A stretch of DNA of 61,341 bases, counting the filler. It is 12 parts of 12 records of this genome, joined end to end, with 100 filler letters (N's around TTAATTAATTAA, not from the genome) between each part and the next. Parts side by side here need not be neighbours in the genome. Positions count along the whole stretch, not along the records: positions 30,693 to 39,843 come from SRR7504441_1515; positions 39,944 to 45,998 come from SRR7504441_1516; 10 more parts are not named here. One strand, 5' to 3'. Under the pieces are notes generated by a model. It did not search any database and was not told the DNA's origin. It saw nothing but the letters and a program-made list of their open reading frames with translations. A program made the position numbers and the translations under genes. Positions 34,209 through 46,098 of this stretch are shown in pieces. The stretch's first letter is position 1. The number at the start of each line of letters is the position of its first letter.

Positions 34209-37200
34209 TTAGTTGGCAACTGCAGGCGCAGGCTGCTGATGGGCCCTAGTCGCGCCGGTCGGGTTGGCCGGGGGGCCACCGTTGTAGAACGCCCACACGC
34301 CCACCATGAGCGCCGCCAGCGTACTTCCGATCGCGATCTTGACCCTCTTGCCGACCACTGCCTCGATCATCCACATCCGCCATAGCGACGCCTGCACGAC
34401 CCAGCCGGCCACCGCCCCGCCGGCCTGCTGCTCGGCCGCCAACTCGTAGTGCTTGCGGGCCAGCGTGCCGTCCGGCCGAGCCACGCCTCGCCCGTGCTCG
34501 TACGCGTACCCGAGGTTGTAGTTGGCCTGGCCTGCAGTGCTCTTATGCTCGGCCGCCTTGCGGTACAAGTCGACTGCAAGAGAGCTGTTGGCTGGCTGGC
34601 CCGCCTGCCCGCTCCAGGCGTAGTCACCCAGCCGGAGGTACGCTTCAGGTACCCCAGCTTGGGCCAGCTGGCTGTAGCTCGCCCTGGCCTCCCCGAGCGC
34701 GCCCGCCCTGTGCTGCAGCCAGGCCGCATTGACCAAACCCTCCCGGTAGCCCATTGCCGCCCCGAGCTGATACAGACCGAGAGCCCCGGGCTCGTCCCGC
34801 TCGAGGTACCGCTCAAACCCGTGCCGGAGCGCCTCGCCCCACTTGCCGAACTGTGCGGCTGCCCGCAGGTATTTGAGGCTGTTGGGGCAGGAGGCCGGGG
34901 TGCCGACACCGAGCAGGTGCATCCTGCCGACCTGGTAAGTCGCCGCAAACTGCCCGCCGTGTGCGGCTTGGGTGAACCAGCGGAGCGCCTTGGCCATGTC
35001 CTTCTTGGTGCCCACCCCGTCCCTGTGCATCACGGCCGCGTTGAACGTCGAGTCCTTGTCGCCGGCCGCCGCCGCCCGCTCGAAATAACCGAGAGCCCTC
35101 GAGTGGTTCTGCTCAGCCCCTCGGCCGTAATAGTGGATGTAGCCCAGCCCATTGAGCGCCAGCAGCTGGTCCTGCTCGGCGGCGGCCTCGTACAGCTCGC
35201 GGGCCGCCGAATAATTAGCCGGCACCCCCTCGCCCCGCATGTAGCAGTTCCCGAGCTTGGCCGCAGAGAGCGTGTGCCCGTGCTGCTCCCAACCACGCCG
35301 CCAGAGCCCCACCGCGTTGGCCTGGTCCCGGGGAAGCCCGCGGGCCCCGTAGTAGTACAGCTCGGCCAGCTGGGTCATCGAGCTCAGGTCGCCGCCGGCC
35401 GCCTGGTGGATGTGATACTGGATCAGCTGGTCATCCTCGCCCTTCTGGCCTTTCTCTATGTCCTCGGTGAACACCCGATCCGAGAGCACAGACCGGTCGA
35501 TGTGCGGCATCCCGCCGCTGGTCTGCACCGCCGCCTGGGCCTGCCGGGCCACGGCGGCCAGATATAGGCTCTCAGTGGCGCAGCTCGACCCGCTCCGCTC
35601 GGCTAGCATCAACTGGGCAGATGGATCTCCGCATGCAGCCGCCAGCTGGAGCAAACCTTGGTCAGCCGTGCTGGAGCCGACCAGCATGGCCGCCTCGGCC
35701 ACTTCGGGCGAACACCCGGCCGCCCCCCCGGCCGCCACCTCGGTCAGCTCGGCCAGCCCAGCCTCAGGGTCTCGCACCTACCCAGCGTGAGCGCTCTAAC
35801 CCTGTAGATCGTAGCCACCTGAGCAGGCCCGAGCAACAGCAGCTTGCCCACCCGCACCCGAGCGGTCAGGTTGCCCGCCGACCCCGCCCGTCTGTACAGC
35901 TCGAGCACCTATAGAGCGCCCTCAGCCGGCCGCCGGCCCGACACGCGCCTGCTCAGGCTGCTTGGCAAGCAGCGAATTCACTCCCTGGTGCAGCTGCTCG
36001 GCTGCCTCATAATAGTGCCCCGCCGCGTGCGGATCGGGCGCGAGCGCCACCGCACTCCCACCGCCCCCGGACGGCCAGGCCAGCTCGGGCTGCGGCGGGC
36101 TGGTCGCGTTGGCGTGGCTAGCTATTTCTGACTGATTGTAAGCCCAGTTGGCTACAACCAGCCCGTGTGCCAGTCCCTTGTAGCCAGGTATGCTCATCCC
36201 GGGCGTGCCGGCCAGGTACAGGTCGGCCGCGTTATGAACCAGCCGCTCCGGGGCCGTCACCTCAACGGAAGCCACGGGCTGGCCATCAAGGTAGGCCAGA
36301 GCGAGCGAGGGCCCGACTGTTACTGCCAGGTGCACCCAGCGGCGGAGCGGGAGGGGGCTGGACGACTGGTTGTGCGCGTCCTTGCTGAGGGTGCTGCTCA
36401 CGCGCAGGCTGAGCAGGCCGGTGTCCGGTTGGATGAACAAGGCCGGAGTCCTCTCCCGGTCTCCGGACCCCTTGAACAGCACAGCCTGGTACTGGCTGGC
36501 ACGCTGCTGCACCCACACCCATACAGCCACAGTCAGCGCCTCGCCCACAGGCGGGAGCAGCCCGGCCGCTATCTGGAGCGCGGTCCGCCCATCGAGCGCG
36601 GTGGGCAGCTCGAGCAGCTTGGCTGAGAGAAGGCTCACGTTGTCGCCTCCAGCGGAGAGAGGCCGGCCTGTTGGGACTAACCAGGGCAGATACACCCCGC
36701 AGCTGCTGTTGGCCGAGAGCTCGAACCAGGCCGGCTGGCCCTCCGGTCCCGACACCTGCCAGTGGTACCTGCCCGCCGGTGAGCGATCGCTTGCACAGCC
36801 GGCACCTGGCAACGTACTGGCCTGCAGCGGCGATCCGGAGCACGACCTCGCCGTGAGGCCGCTTGAGCCGATTGAGTTGGTCGCCGCTCAGCCAGCACCA
36901 GTGGAGCAGCTCGTCGCTCTCTGGGTGGTGCAGCCCGATCCAGTCGCCTTGCTCGGCCAGCGACTCGGCTACCCGCCAGCTCAGCCGGATCGGATCGTAC
37001 ACACAGCCACTAGCAGGCTCGGCCCGCAGCTCCGTGCAGTACTCGCCGCGCACCTGCCCGCCCGCTCAGCCCCTCCCCGCCCGACCGGCCGCCTGCACGC
37101 GCAGCTTGCGGCTTACACCCAGCGCGAACGGCGAGTCCTCGGGGAATGTGATCAGCTCGATCGAGTACTCGCCCGGATCCGGGAGGGTGAGGCTGAGCCG

Positions 37201-37443
37201 GCCCGAGCTGGGCACCTGCCGCCCGGAGAACGCGTCGCTGAGCGAGAAGTTTGTCGGAGGTTTCCCATTGTCCGAGGTGACACGCAGGCGCGAGTTGAGG
37301 TGCTTGTGCCGGCCCGGGGCTGAGAAAGTGAGCCGGCGGGTCTGGCCAGGGCAGCTGACCGCTGCGTCCACGGACAGCCCGAAGTCGGGCTCGCTGGCCG
37401 CCCGGCACACCAGCAGCACAAGCGCCCACAGTGCCCCGCGCAT
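34209..37443 (-). CDS. SEL1L3/Hrd3-like protein: signal peptide, beta domains, LamG/ConA-like domain, SEL1 repeats, C-terminal TM
   Basis: LamG-like WVHLAVTV...YLDGQ; SEL1 repeats LAELYYYGARGLPRD, LNGLGYIHYYGRG, YNLGYAYEHGRGV; terminal TM. Confidence 0.82.
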
Positions 37444-37527
37444 CCAAACCAGCAGGGGCCGACCACAGTGCCAGCGTCACTGCAGGTTGGGATTTCTGCA
37501 GCAAGGGAGGGCCGCAACCCTGGGGGG

Positions 37528-39708
37528 ATGGCAACCAGGAAGGCTACGGAGGGCACCTGGTTTAGGGGGCTGACGGAGACGCCCAAGCCGGGCGAGTACG
37601 CGGTCGAGCTGAAGACCCCGCTGGAGGCCGAGCGCTCGTGGGTCCGGGGCCGGCGGACAATCGACATGATTGAGATTGAAAACCCTGTCTTCCCTGGCAA
37701 GCCGGCCCGCAGCCCCTGGGCGCTGGAGACGGAGCCGGCCGCGGAAGACTACGATCTGGACGACAACGACACCCCGCCCCCGCAGGCGCCCCCCCCGAGC
37801 GAGATGGTGTGGAGGCCCAAGCGGAAAGCGCGGAACACCAACGCCAAGATCGACCAGATGATGGGAGAGGCGATCGACTGGAGGGCCAAGGCCGCCCGCA
37901 GGGCCGCCGCCGCCAAGAGCAGCTTGGCCCTCTGGCGGGCGGTGCGCGCACGGCCGGCTGCCGGCTGACAGGCGGGGGCAGTTTTCGGATGTAGTTCAGC
38001 GCCAGATGAGTCAAGGGGTCCGACAGAAGTACAAGAGCATGAGTGTGCTGGTGACCGGCGGCCGGGCCGGGGGGCTGAGGCGCCGGGCAGTTGTTTCTGC
38101 AGGCGTTGTTTGGAATGATGGTGGGTGTATCGACGGTGCGCTGCGGGCGGGTGAGCACGATGGGTGGGCAGTTGGAGTTCGGATGGAACGGCCTGGAGAT
38201 GGAGGAGACCAACCTTACCACCGGGCTCAAGATACTCACCTCGGTCAGCACGCTGGTGCTCGAGATCCAGCTCTATTGGTACTACAAAGTCCAGGTGGAA
38301 ACCTGGTGCCAAAATAAGAACTATCCGACGTGCCAAGCCCAGGCTCAGGCCGGCGATCAGCTGTTGGCAGGTCAAGGATCTCTCTATGGAACATCCCGCA
38401 CCTGTTTCTGCTGTTTCTGGTCGAGGCCGCAGTGCTGCTCGTCCATCCCTTCCCCTACAGCATGTACACGTGGTCGTGCGGAGGCGCCGACGCCTGCGAT
38501 GGCAACTGGATCGCGCTCTGCATGTTCTTCAGATTTTATCTCGTCTTCCGGCTGATCAGGTGCGCCCCCAACAGCTCTCTAGAGTGCCCGGCAGGGATAC
38601 CAACTACGTGTACAATCACTACGAGGACTATAAACGCAGCGATCCTCACCAGGCGAGAGGCGTGCGCGTGGCTGCTCACATTGCCGTGCCAGATGTATCA
38701 ATGCCAAATCGGGACTTCGTTCGTCGGCAGGGCGGAGGTGGCGCTTGAGGCCGAGCTGGGCGAGACTGGGGGTGCAGTTTATGGAGTCAACTTGGACAGT
38801 CTGGCTGCTGCTGTTCTGCTTCTTCTACGTTATGTTAACTTGTGAGTGGCCTGACCGCCAGTCGATGACCCGCGTTGCAGACTGTTTCTACGTTACGGCT
38901 CGTCAGGAGACGCCTTGGGCCTACGATCTAACCTCGTCCTTCGAGTGGGCCCCGCCAGCCGGCAGCTGGGATAACCAGGGCTGCAGGCTGATGATCATGA
39001 CAATGACCACCGTCGGAGGTCACTCCACTCGCACCCTGCCACCGACCAACGGTCGCAGGTGGCTTCTACGTGCCGAGCGGCTACGCGCCTCGCATGCTGG
39101 CGCTGTTCGGGGCTATGGTCGGGCTTTCGCTGTTCGGGGTGTTGGCGACTGTGATGTCCAAGTTTATTGAGCTGCCGCATAACGAGCAGGTGGCGCTCGG
39201 ATGGGCGTGGCGAGAGGACACGCAGCTTGAGCTGAACACGGCGGCCGCCCGGCTGATTCAGCTGACCTGGCGGCTCAAGAGGAGAGGGCTTTTGCATTCC
39301 ACGTGCCGACGGTTCATGTCTCCCAGGCAGTTCCAAGACTTTGTGGAGGCGATGGCTTGGTTCCAGGAGTGCAGGATGCGGACCCTCGAGTCGATGGTGC
39401 AGGCCGAGGGAGGGTTCAAGCACGTGATGGGGCGAGTGCGCGAGCTGGAGGAGCAGCTGCATGATAGAATGGACGAAATGGAGGAGCAGTTGGACCAGAT
39501 GGGCGATAAGATGATCGTGGACCTGGAGCACGAGCTGGTCAAGGCGGAGGAGATGCACCTGGTTGTGGCCGAGGCCAACTTCGAGAAGCTGAACAAGTAC
39601 TTTAAGCATGTTGACAAGGAGCTCAAGAAGTTTAGGCGAGGCGTCAAGTATGGCACCAATGACTCGGGCGGGCTCGAACCGGATGAGGATGACAATCTTT
39701 CTATATAA
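37528..39708 (+). CDS. SK/KCNN-like 6-TM cation channel with an atypical filter; several introns
   Basis: VEAAVLLVHPFP, S4-like MFFRFYLVFRLIR, pore TMTTVG, S6 LFGAMVGLSLFGVL, IQ-like AARLIQLTWR, coiled-coil tail. Confidence 0.8.
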
Positions 39709-40147
39709 ATTCATCGCTATTGTACATATAACTAGCTCCGGGTCAAGCGATTTGAGCGCTACGTAATGGTACTGTACTACACTGTAGGTAGACCATAGTT
39801 CAGTAGTCCGTACGTAGGTTCAACGACTTCTTGCTGAAGGCAANNNNNNNNNNNNNNNNNNNNNNNNNNNNNNNNNNNNNNNNNNNNTTAATTAATTAAN
39901 NNNNNNNNNNNNNNNNNNNNNNNNNNNNNNNNNNNNNNNNNNNAAGCACCTTAACGGTACCGACCCTCAATTAATAGGCCTTTATTTCATGTATTTCATG
40001 TACAAACTTTGTACGCCTGTACCGTACTATTCTTCCAATTCTGAAGTCCCGAAATGAATTCAACCATCACTATATAAGGAAAAGACTATAGCATAATTGC
40101 ACAGAGGAGCGAATTAGGTACTGTACCATCGGTCCATCACCCGTATA

Positions 40148-40670
40148 TCACCCGGCCATCAGCTCGTCTCGGAGTGCTTTTAACTGGGCATTCTCCACCT
40201 CTAGCTCCTTCTGCCTCTTCTCGGTCTCGTCTGCCACCCCGCTCGCGCCCGCCCGCCTACCATGCCCAAACCTATCTCCTCCTGAACAGTCAGCGCCACC
40301 GTGGCCGCCTTGTCGCACCGCAAAGCGGCCTGTCCCCCCCCCCCCGGTCCGCCCAGCCCGAGTGGAGCCGCACCTCCTTCTGCCTGGAGCGCGCTGCGTC
40401 CAGCCGGCGAGTCAACTCGGCTTGCTCGGTCTGGGCAGCGGTCAGCTCCTCCAGCGTTGCGTCAACCTGCCGGCTGGCTGGTGGGCACCAGGGCCGAGGG
40501 GAGCACTTGGTGTCTCACGCCGGCCAGCTCCGAGTCGAGCCGCTCCACTAACGCTTGCAGCTCGGTTGGGTCAGCCTGGCCGGGCGGTCAGAGAAGCCCG
40601 GGTACTGTTGGACCGGCTGCTTGTGCATGGTGGCAAGCCGCTTCCTGCCTTGCTCAATCAGTACTTGCAT
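40148..40670 (-). CDS. Small coiled-coil protein, 4 introns (not in the ORF track)
   Basis: Removing four 38-42-nt GT-AG introns gives MQVLIEQGRKRL...ELQALVERLDSEL...ELEVENAQLKALRDELMAG-TGA. Confidence 0.7.
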
Positions 40671-40684
40671 TGTCGGTCGGAGAT

Positions 40685-40719
40685 AGACCGTTGCTGAGAG
40701 ACCGTTGCTAGTCTAACGG
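40685..40719. promoter_or_regulatory. Three Myb/MSA-like sites in a bidirectional promoter
   Basis: AGACCGTTG at 40685 and 40699, TCTAACGG at 40712. Confidence 0.5.
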
Positions 40720-40843
40720 CATGCCGGCTGCCGGTGGTCCAGATCGGGTCTTGTCACCAGATCTGCCGGCTGACTCCTCCCCAGTCATCCCGAAGCGCCG
40801 GTGCGCGCCCTAGCCACTGCTGATCTGCACTCGACTGAGGCCG

Positions 40844-43800
40844 ATGGAGCCGCCGCAGCCCAGCCCACCTCGGACTCCACAGTCTGCCAAGGACGGGTAC
40901 CGGCGGGCGCAGAGCCGGGCGGAGGATGCAGAGGCCCGGGCGGCCGAATTGGGGGCAGACTTGGATACGCTGCGCCGGATCCTGGACCAGGTGGTGCTCG
41001 ACCGGGATCAGTTGCTCCAGCAACAACGGACTGAGCTCGGGCTGGCCCGGCGGAGCGAGCAACGGCAGGCGGCGGCCTACATGATGGGCCTGGCTGCGTG
41101 TCGCATAATGGGCTCGCAAGCACACCGGGCCGGCTGCAGGCTGGCACTGCTCGAGTGGCGACGGGAAATGGGTCGGGCAGGCGGGGCGCTGGCGGCACAG
41201 GAGCCAGAGCAGGTGCAATTGGACCACAAGGATGCCGTGCTGGCCCGAGAGCTGGCCGAGAGCGTGAGCAAACTGAAGCAGCAGCTGGTGGATCAATATG
41301 AACCGGGGCGTCCAAGGAAAGCTGAGGCGGTCCAGGAAGAGTTGGTAGCCTCACAGCTCGGGGCAGCGCAGGCAAAAGCCGAAATAGAGCTGCTTCAGCA
41401 TGAGCTTGCGTGCGAACAGAGGAGCGGCGTCGAGATGGAGGCTGAGATCTCGCGATTAAATGTGGAGCTAGAGAGGACCAAACGGATGCAGAAGCTGATG
41501 AGCGAGAGCAGCGCTCGAGGCGAGGATGCGATTGAGCTCAAATCCGAAGAGCGGGTGATTGAGGAACTGGAGGGCCGAGTGGGGCTGCTGGAGCAGACTG
41601 TGGATAGCATGCAGGCTGAACTGGATGAGGCAAATGGCACCAGCCAGGCGCTGCGACAGCAAACTAGCAAGGAGCTTGAGGCGAGCGCTGGACGGGAGAA
41701 GGAGCAGCAAGAAAGTATACTCAAGTTGCTGGAGCGGATCGGGGATCAGCAGAATGAGCGTGAACAGGCGGAGGAAGAGTTGGTCAAATTGAGGCAGGAC
41801 CTAGAGTCTGCTTCTGCAGGCCAGAAGGAGCTTGAGGATCACGTGACAAAGCAAGTTAAGACAATTGCGAGCATGCAGATTGTGCTTGAAAAGATGACAG
41901 AGTCTCATGCCCGGGAAAAGGCATCGCTCAAAGACAGAGTCGATGTCTTGACTGAGCAGCTGGGTTCAGGGGTCTCCCGGTGTGATGAGTTTGTCAAGCA
42001 GCTTGCCGATTCAGAACAGCGGATCAGAGTGTTGCAATCTGAAAATAACACAGGCTTCCAACGCGAGAGAGCACTTCAGAATAGCAAAACAGAGTTGACT
42101 GATCGGGTAGAAGATCTCAAGAGCGCATCACAAGAACAACAGATTGAGCATGCAAAGCAAGTGCTAGAAATGGAAGGTACCATTGCGATCCTCCAGGGCG
42201 AGCTTGACGCAGCTGCTCATCGCGAGATGGTTCAGCAAGGCAATGCTGAGAAGCTAGAGGACAGCGTTGCTAGAAGTCGAGCCAACAGCGCTGCAGGTGA
42301 AGAATTCTACAAGACTGACCTAGCTAGGTTGGAAGACCAGATTGCGATACTGCAGGCGGAGCGGGATGATGCTGTTGGGAACCAGCATGCGTTAGCGGAA
42401 CAGCTCAAGCAAGCTCACAACGAACTTGCTTCTGGATGGGAGAGTGCTGCAGCTGAGGTAGCTGCCTCGAAAGACAAGCTCAGGATTGCCGTGAGCCATG
42501 GTCAGCAGCAGGAAGCAGAGGTGACCAGACTCCGAGACATAGTTGCAGTTGCATCTTTGAAAAGTGAGAAAATGGCTCCTCCGGCTGTGGATCAGTCTGA
42601 GCAAGTTCAAGGGGGGGACCGTGTTGATGTGCTGTGTGGTGGAATTATAGCACGACTGGAATTAGAGCTGTCTGATTGCCAGCAGAAATTCTCTATAGCT
42701 CATCGTGAAAATCAGTTGCTTCAAACCAAAGTTCTATCATTGGAATCGTCTCGAAGTGAAGTCGCCGGTGATAGCGCTTCTCGGCCACCGAAACATATGG
42801 AGCTCTCCCAAGTGGAATTCCAAGTAAATCTCGGCCTATCTGGATCAAGCCCCGCCGGCGAGGAAGGGCAGATGATGCGTCAGGAGCTGGAAGATGCCAT
42901 TGCGCGCCTGGAAAAAACTCAGGAGAGTATGCCTGGGATGGATGATGATGCAGGCATACCCGTGCATAGATCCACCAACACGACAGGCATGCACGAAGCA
43001 GCGTTGTTGGAGGAAGTCGTGCCAGCTGTCCCTGATACTGCTTATCAAGAGATTGAGCGCTTGGATAGAAAAGCATTCACATTGGAGGAGGAACTTCAAC
43101 TAGCAACAACAGATATTTTGGCTCTCAAGCAAAAGATTGATGTCTACCAACAGCAGGATAGGAACATTCGGCTTGAACTGGATGCGGTGAAAGGCCGCGA
43201 GGGCGTACAAAGAGATATGGCACTCAAGCTAGAGAAGCTGGTTGCAGATATGCAGGGTGAGCTGGATACCAGATGTGATACCTCTCCGAGGCGACCTACA
43301 GCTGAAGCTTTTTCGAAAGATCAGACAATGGTGAACAAACTAAAACAGGCCAAAAATGAACTTAAAGATCAGCTTGATGCGGTGATTGGTCGAGAGGGAT
43401 TATTGCGAGATGAACTCGCGGGGATGAAGAAACAAAATGACTCGCTTAAAAGCAGATCTCGGCAGTTGGAAGCACAGATGAGAGGAGCACGAGATGATGC
43501 GAGTGCGGTCCGTACAGCAAACGATGCATTAAAGCTCAGGGTCGCAAGGCTGGAAGAGGCGCTGGCTGCTAAGGCCAGCTATGCCGCAGATTCACGCCAT
43601 GGAGACATGTGCTCGATCCAAAAGGCAAATGCTGCCTTGAAGCTTAGAGTCTCACAATTGGAGGAAGAGCTGGTCGCAAAGGAGATGAAAGCATCGGCTG
43701 CTCTTCAGGGGGGTAACAAATCCCAATTAGAGAGGAGAATTGCTGTGGCATTGGGTGAAGCATCTCCGACTAGTGATGTCGAATCTGGTATGATGTATTG

Positions 43801-45826
43801 TGCAGAGTTGGATGCAGCAGTTCAATCTCGCGAGGCTGCCTTGAAGGGCACGATAGCAAAACTGAGGGAGCGAAATGCTTCCATGCAGGACGAGCTCGAC
43901 GCGGTGCAAAAAGATTTTCGAGCTTTACACCATGATAACGTGACACGACTTGAAGAGTTGAACTCAATGAAAGCTGAAGTTGATGACCTGCGGCAAACTC
44001 ACCAGGAAGACCGAACACTGGACGCTGAGTTAGATGCGGCAGCCCGCATTCACAGGATTCAAAGTCGCAGCAAAGAACAACCTTCGCCGAGCCTGGAGCA
44101 AGATCTGGTTGAGTCTTGGAATCCCAGATTTATGACTCAGATGAAGCAGGAGCTCTCAGAATGCAAACAAGAATTGGCGCAGTCACAGGCGCAAGTTCAA
44201 CTATGCCGTCACCAACTTGTTTCTCTGGGGAGTAATCTCACTGCCTCTCTGGCTGAAAACGCGCGAATGCGAAATAAACTAGCTGAGGAGGCCACCGAGC
44301 ATCGAACCAAGCGCATGCAGATACTGATAGAGCAAGGCAGGAAGCAGCTGAGTCAAGGCAGTTGCCATGATACGTTAGAAACTGCAAAGGGCAATCAGTT
44401 GTGCTCCCCAGAAGTGGATGCTGATTTTTCCAACAATTTCAACAAAACTATCGAAATCAACCAAGGCCATCTGGAAGCGCAGCTTGCCAGCCAAGAGATG
44501 ATGATCAGTGATCTCCGCCAACAACTAGTCAGTAATCGGAGTAACAACGAAGTGCATAGGTTGGAGACGACTGTGGTTGAGCTGAGAGACAAGCTTTCTG
44601 ACTTGGTCAGACAAAACGAAGCTCTAAAGAGGAAATGTGAACGATGCAAGACGGGTTTTGCAGCCAGTGTGCAGAAGACTGACGAAAGAAAGAAGCTTAA
44701 GTATACCATCGCTGACCTCGAAAATAGATTGGAAAGCTCCAAAGCTTTATCGAAGGCACTCGAGATCGAGTACCAGGCGCTAGAAGCACAGCACAAGCAT
44801 CTCCAAGAGGTGGCTAGTGCTCAAGACAGTGAACTAAGGCGGCTAAGAGTATCCACAAGAGACTTGAACGAAAACAACATCGAAGGTATATCCATAGGAA
44901 GGAAGCGATTGTACCATCTTCCAAAAAGAGATGAGCGCAAGAGCAACAATGTCAGTAAATTCAGCAAGGGAGCACTGATGCGATGCAGCTCGATTGGCAT
45001 AGCTGTACGCAACTGGAGACGCAATACACGGCAGATGTCACAGGCTCGTAGTATGTCAAGTAGCAGGTCCAGATCTCCTGTTTCGGCCGAACATTTAGAA
45101 CCTGGGGTCCAACTAGTGTTAAACGTAAACGACAAACGTAAGAAACTGAACGGAAGGGTCATCTCGAAAGAGACGCTCGAAGCAAGAGCCAGAGCTTTAG
45201 AAATGGGATCGATTACGTCGGCCAAGACTGTGCGGTTGGGTTCGTCGGGTCCATTGTTTGGGGACAATTTCTTCAATCCGAAAGTATCAAAATCAGTCCA
45301 TCTGGAGCCTCGGAAAGCTTTGAAGAAACAAGTTATGATCCAGAGTGCTACAAAGGGAGGTGAACCTAAGGCAACATCTGTGAAGGCTGTCCATAATGAG
45401 GTCGAAGCTGTGAAGATGATGGCCAGGGCCAGGGCACTAGGAAGAGGTCAAGCTAGGACAGAAGAGCCCGTGAAAGGACAAGGACAAGTCAAGATTGACA
45501 CAACCGAAAAGATGAAAAAGCCAAAAGCCGCAGAGATCAGCAAAATGACACCAGATCGTACGCAGCCAGAGCGATCTGATTATGCTCGACCTCGGGAGCA
45601 CAAAAGCCCCACTGGCCTGCGCACTAAGCCAAGGCCAAAGCTGAGTAAAGATGCTGAGGCAAGTATGCTGTCACGCATGGAGAACGTTTCAAGATTGGCA
45701 TCTCTGCATCAGGAGCCTGACCAAACTAGCAAAGCATCCGAGAATTTTTCGAGCCTGACCAAGCTAGCAAAGCGTCCCAGAATCTTTCAAGACGGAACAA
45801 AGAGTCGACCAAGATGCAAATTTTAA
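40844..45826 (+). CDS. 1660-aa intronless coiled-coil protein with a basic disordered tail
   Basis: Uninterrupted 5-kb ORF; heptads; degenerate ELDA..RE repeats; duplicated ANxALKLRVxxLEE. Confidence 0.88.
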   Translation: MEPPQPSPPRTPQSAKDGYRRAQSRAEDAEARAAELGADLDTLRRILDQVVLDRDQLLQQQRTELGLARRSEQRQAAAYMMGLAACRIMGSQAHRAGCRLALLEWRREMGRAGGALAAQEPEQVQLDHKDAVLARELAESVSKLKQQLVDQYEPGRPRKAEAVQEELVASQLGAAQAKAEIELLQHELACEQRSGVEMEAEISRLNVELERTKRMQKLMSESSARGEDAIELKSEERVIEELEGRVGLLEQTVDSMQAELDEANGTSQALRQQTSKELEASAGREKEQQESILKLLERIGDQQNEREQAEEELVKLRQDLESASAGQKELEDHVTKQVKTIASMQIVLEKMTESHAREKASLKDRVDVLTEQLGSGVSRCDEFVKQLADSEQRIRVLQSENNTGFQRERALQNSKTELTDRVEDLKSASQEQQIEHAKQVLEMEGTIAILQGELDAAAHREMVQQGNAEKLEDSVARSRANSAAGEEFYKTDLARLEDQIAILQAERDDAVGNQHALAEQLKQAHNELASGWESAAAEVAASKDKLRIAVSHGQQQEAEVTRLRDIVAVASLKSEKMAPPAVDQSEQVQGGDRVDVLCGGIIARLELELSDCQQKFSIAHRENQLLQTKVLSLESSRSEVAGDSASRPPKHMELSQVEFQVNLGLSGSSPAGEEGQMMRQELEDAIARLEKTQESMPGMDDDAGIPVHRSTNTTGMHEAALLEEVVPAVPDTAYQEIERLDRKAFTLEEELQLATTDILALKQKIDVYQQQDRNIRLELDAVKGREGVQRDMALKLEKLVADMQGELDTRCDTSPRRPTAEAFSKDQTMVNKLKQAKNELKDQLDAVIGREGLLRDELAGMKKQNDSLKSRSRQLEAQMRGARDDASAVRTANDALKLRVARLEEALAAKASYAADSRHGDMCSIQKANAALKLRVSQLEEELVAKEMKASAALQGGNKSQLERRIAVALGEASPTSDVESGMMYCAELDAAVQSREAALKGTIAKLRERNASMQDELDAVQKDFRALHHDNVTRLEELNSMKAEVDDLRQTHQEDRTLDAELDAAARIHRIQSRSKEQPSPSLEQDLVESWNPRFMTQMKQELSECKQELAQSQAQVQLCRHQLVSLGSNLTASLAENARMRNKLAEEATEHRTKRMQILIEQGRKQLSQGSCHDTLETAKGNQLCSPEVDADFSNNFNKTIEINQGHLEAQLASQEMMISDLRQQLVSNRSNNEVHRLETTVVELRDKLSDLVRQNEALKRKCERCKTGFAASVQKTDERKKLKYTIADLENRLESSKALSKALEIEYQALEAQHKHLQEVASAQDSELRRLRVSTRDLNENNIEGISIGRKRLYHLPKRDERKSNNVSKFSKGALMRCSSIGIAVRNWRRNTRQMSQARSMSSSRSRSPVSAEHLEPGVQLVLNVNDKRKKLNGRVISKETLEARARALEMGSITSAKTVRLGSSGPLFGDNFFNPKVSKSVHLEPRKALKKQVMIQSATKGGEPKATSVKAVHNEVEAVKMMARARALGRGQARTEEPVKGQGQVKIDTTEKMKKPKAAEISKMTPDRTQPERSDYARPREHKSPTGLRTKPRPKLSKDAEASMLSRMENVSRLASLHQEPDQTSKASENFSSLTKLAKRPRIFQDGTKSRPRCKF

Positions 45827-46098
45827 GGACACCTACCCAAGTCTCACGGATTGGCCTGGTGATAATACCCTCCATGAATTCTGGCCGCCTTGTCTGCTGA
45901 CGCGCCCGAGGACGATCAGTGGCTACATATAAAACATCTGATTGCATTCCAGCAACTTGATGACCTAGCCTACCTAGCGCAGGGGTTCTGAGGGCTATNN
46001 NNNNNNNNNNNNNNNNNNNNNNNNNNNNNNNNNNNNNNNNNNTTAATTAATTAANNNNNNNNNNNNNNNNNNNNNNNNNNNNNNNNNNNNNNNNNNNN

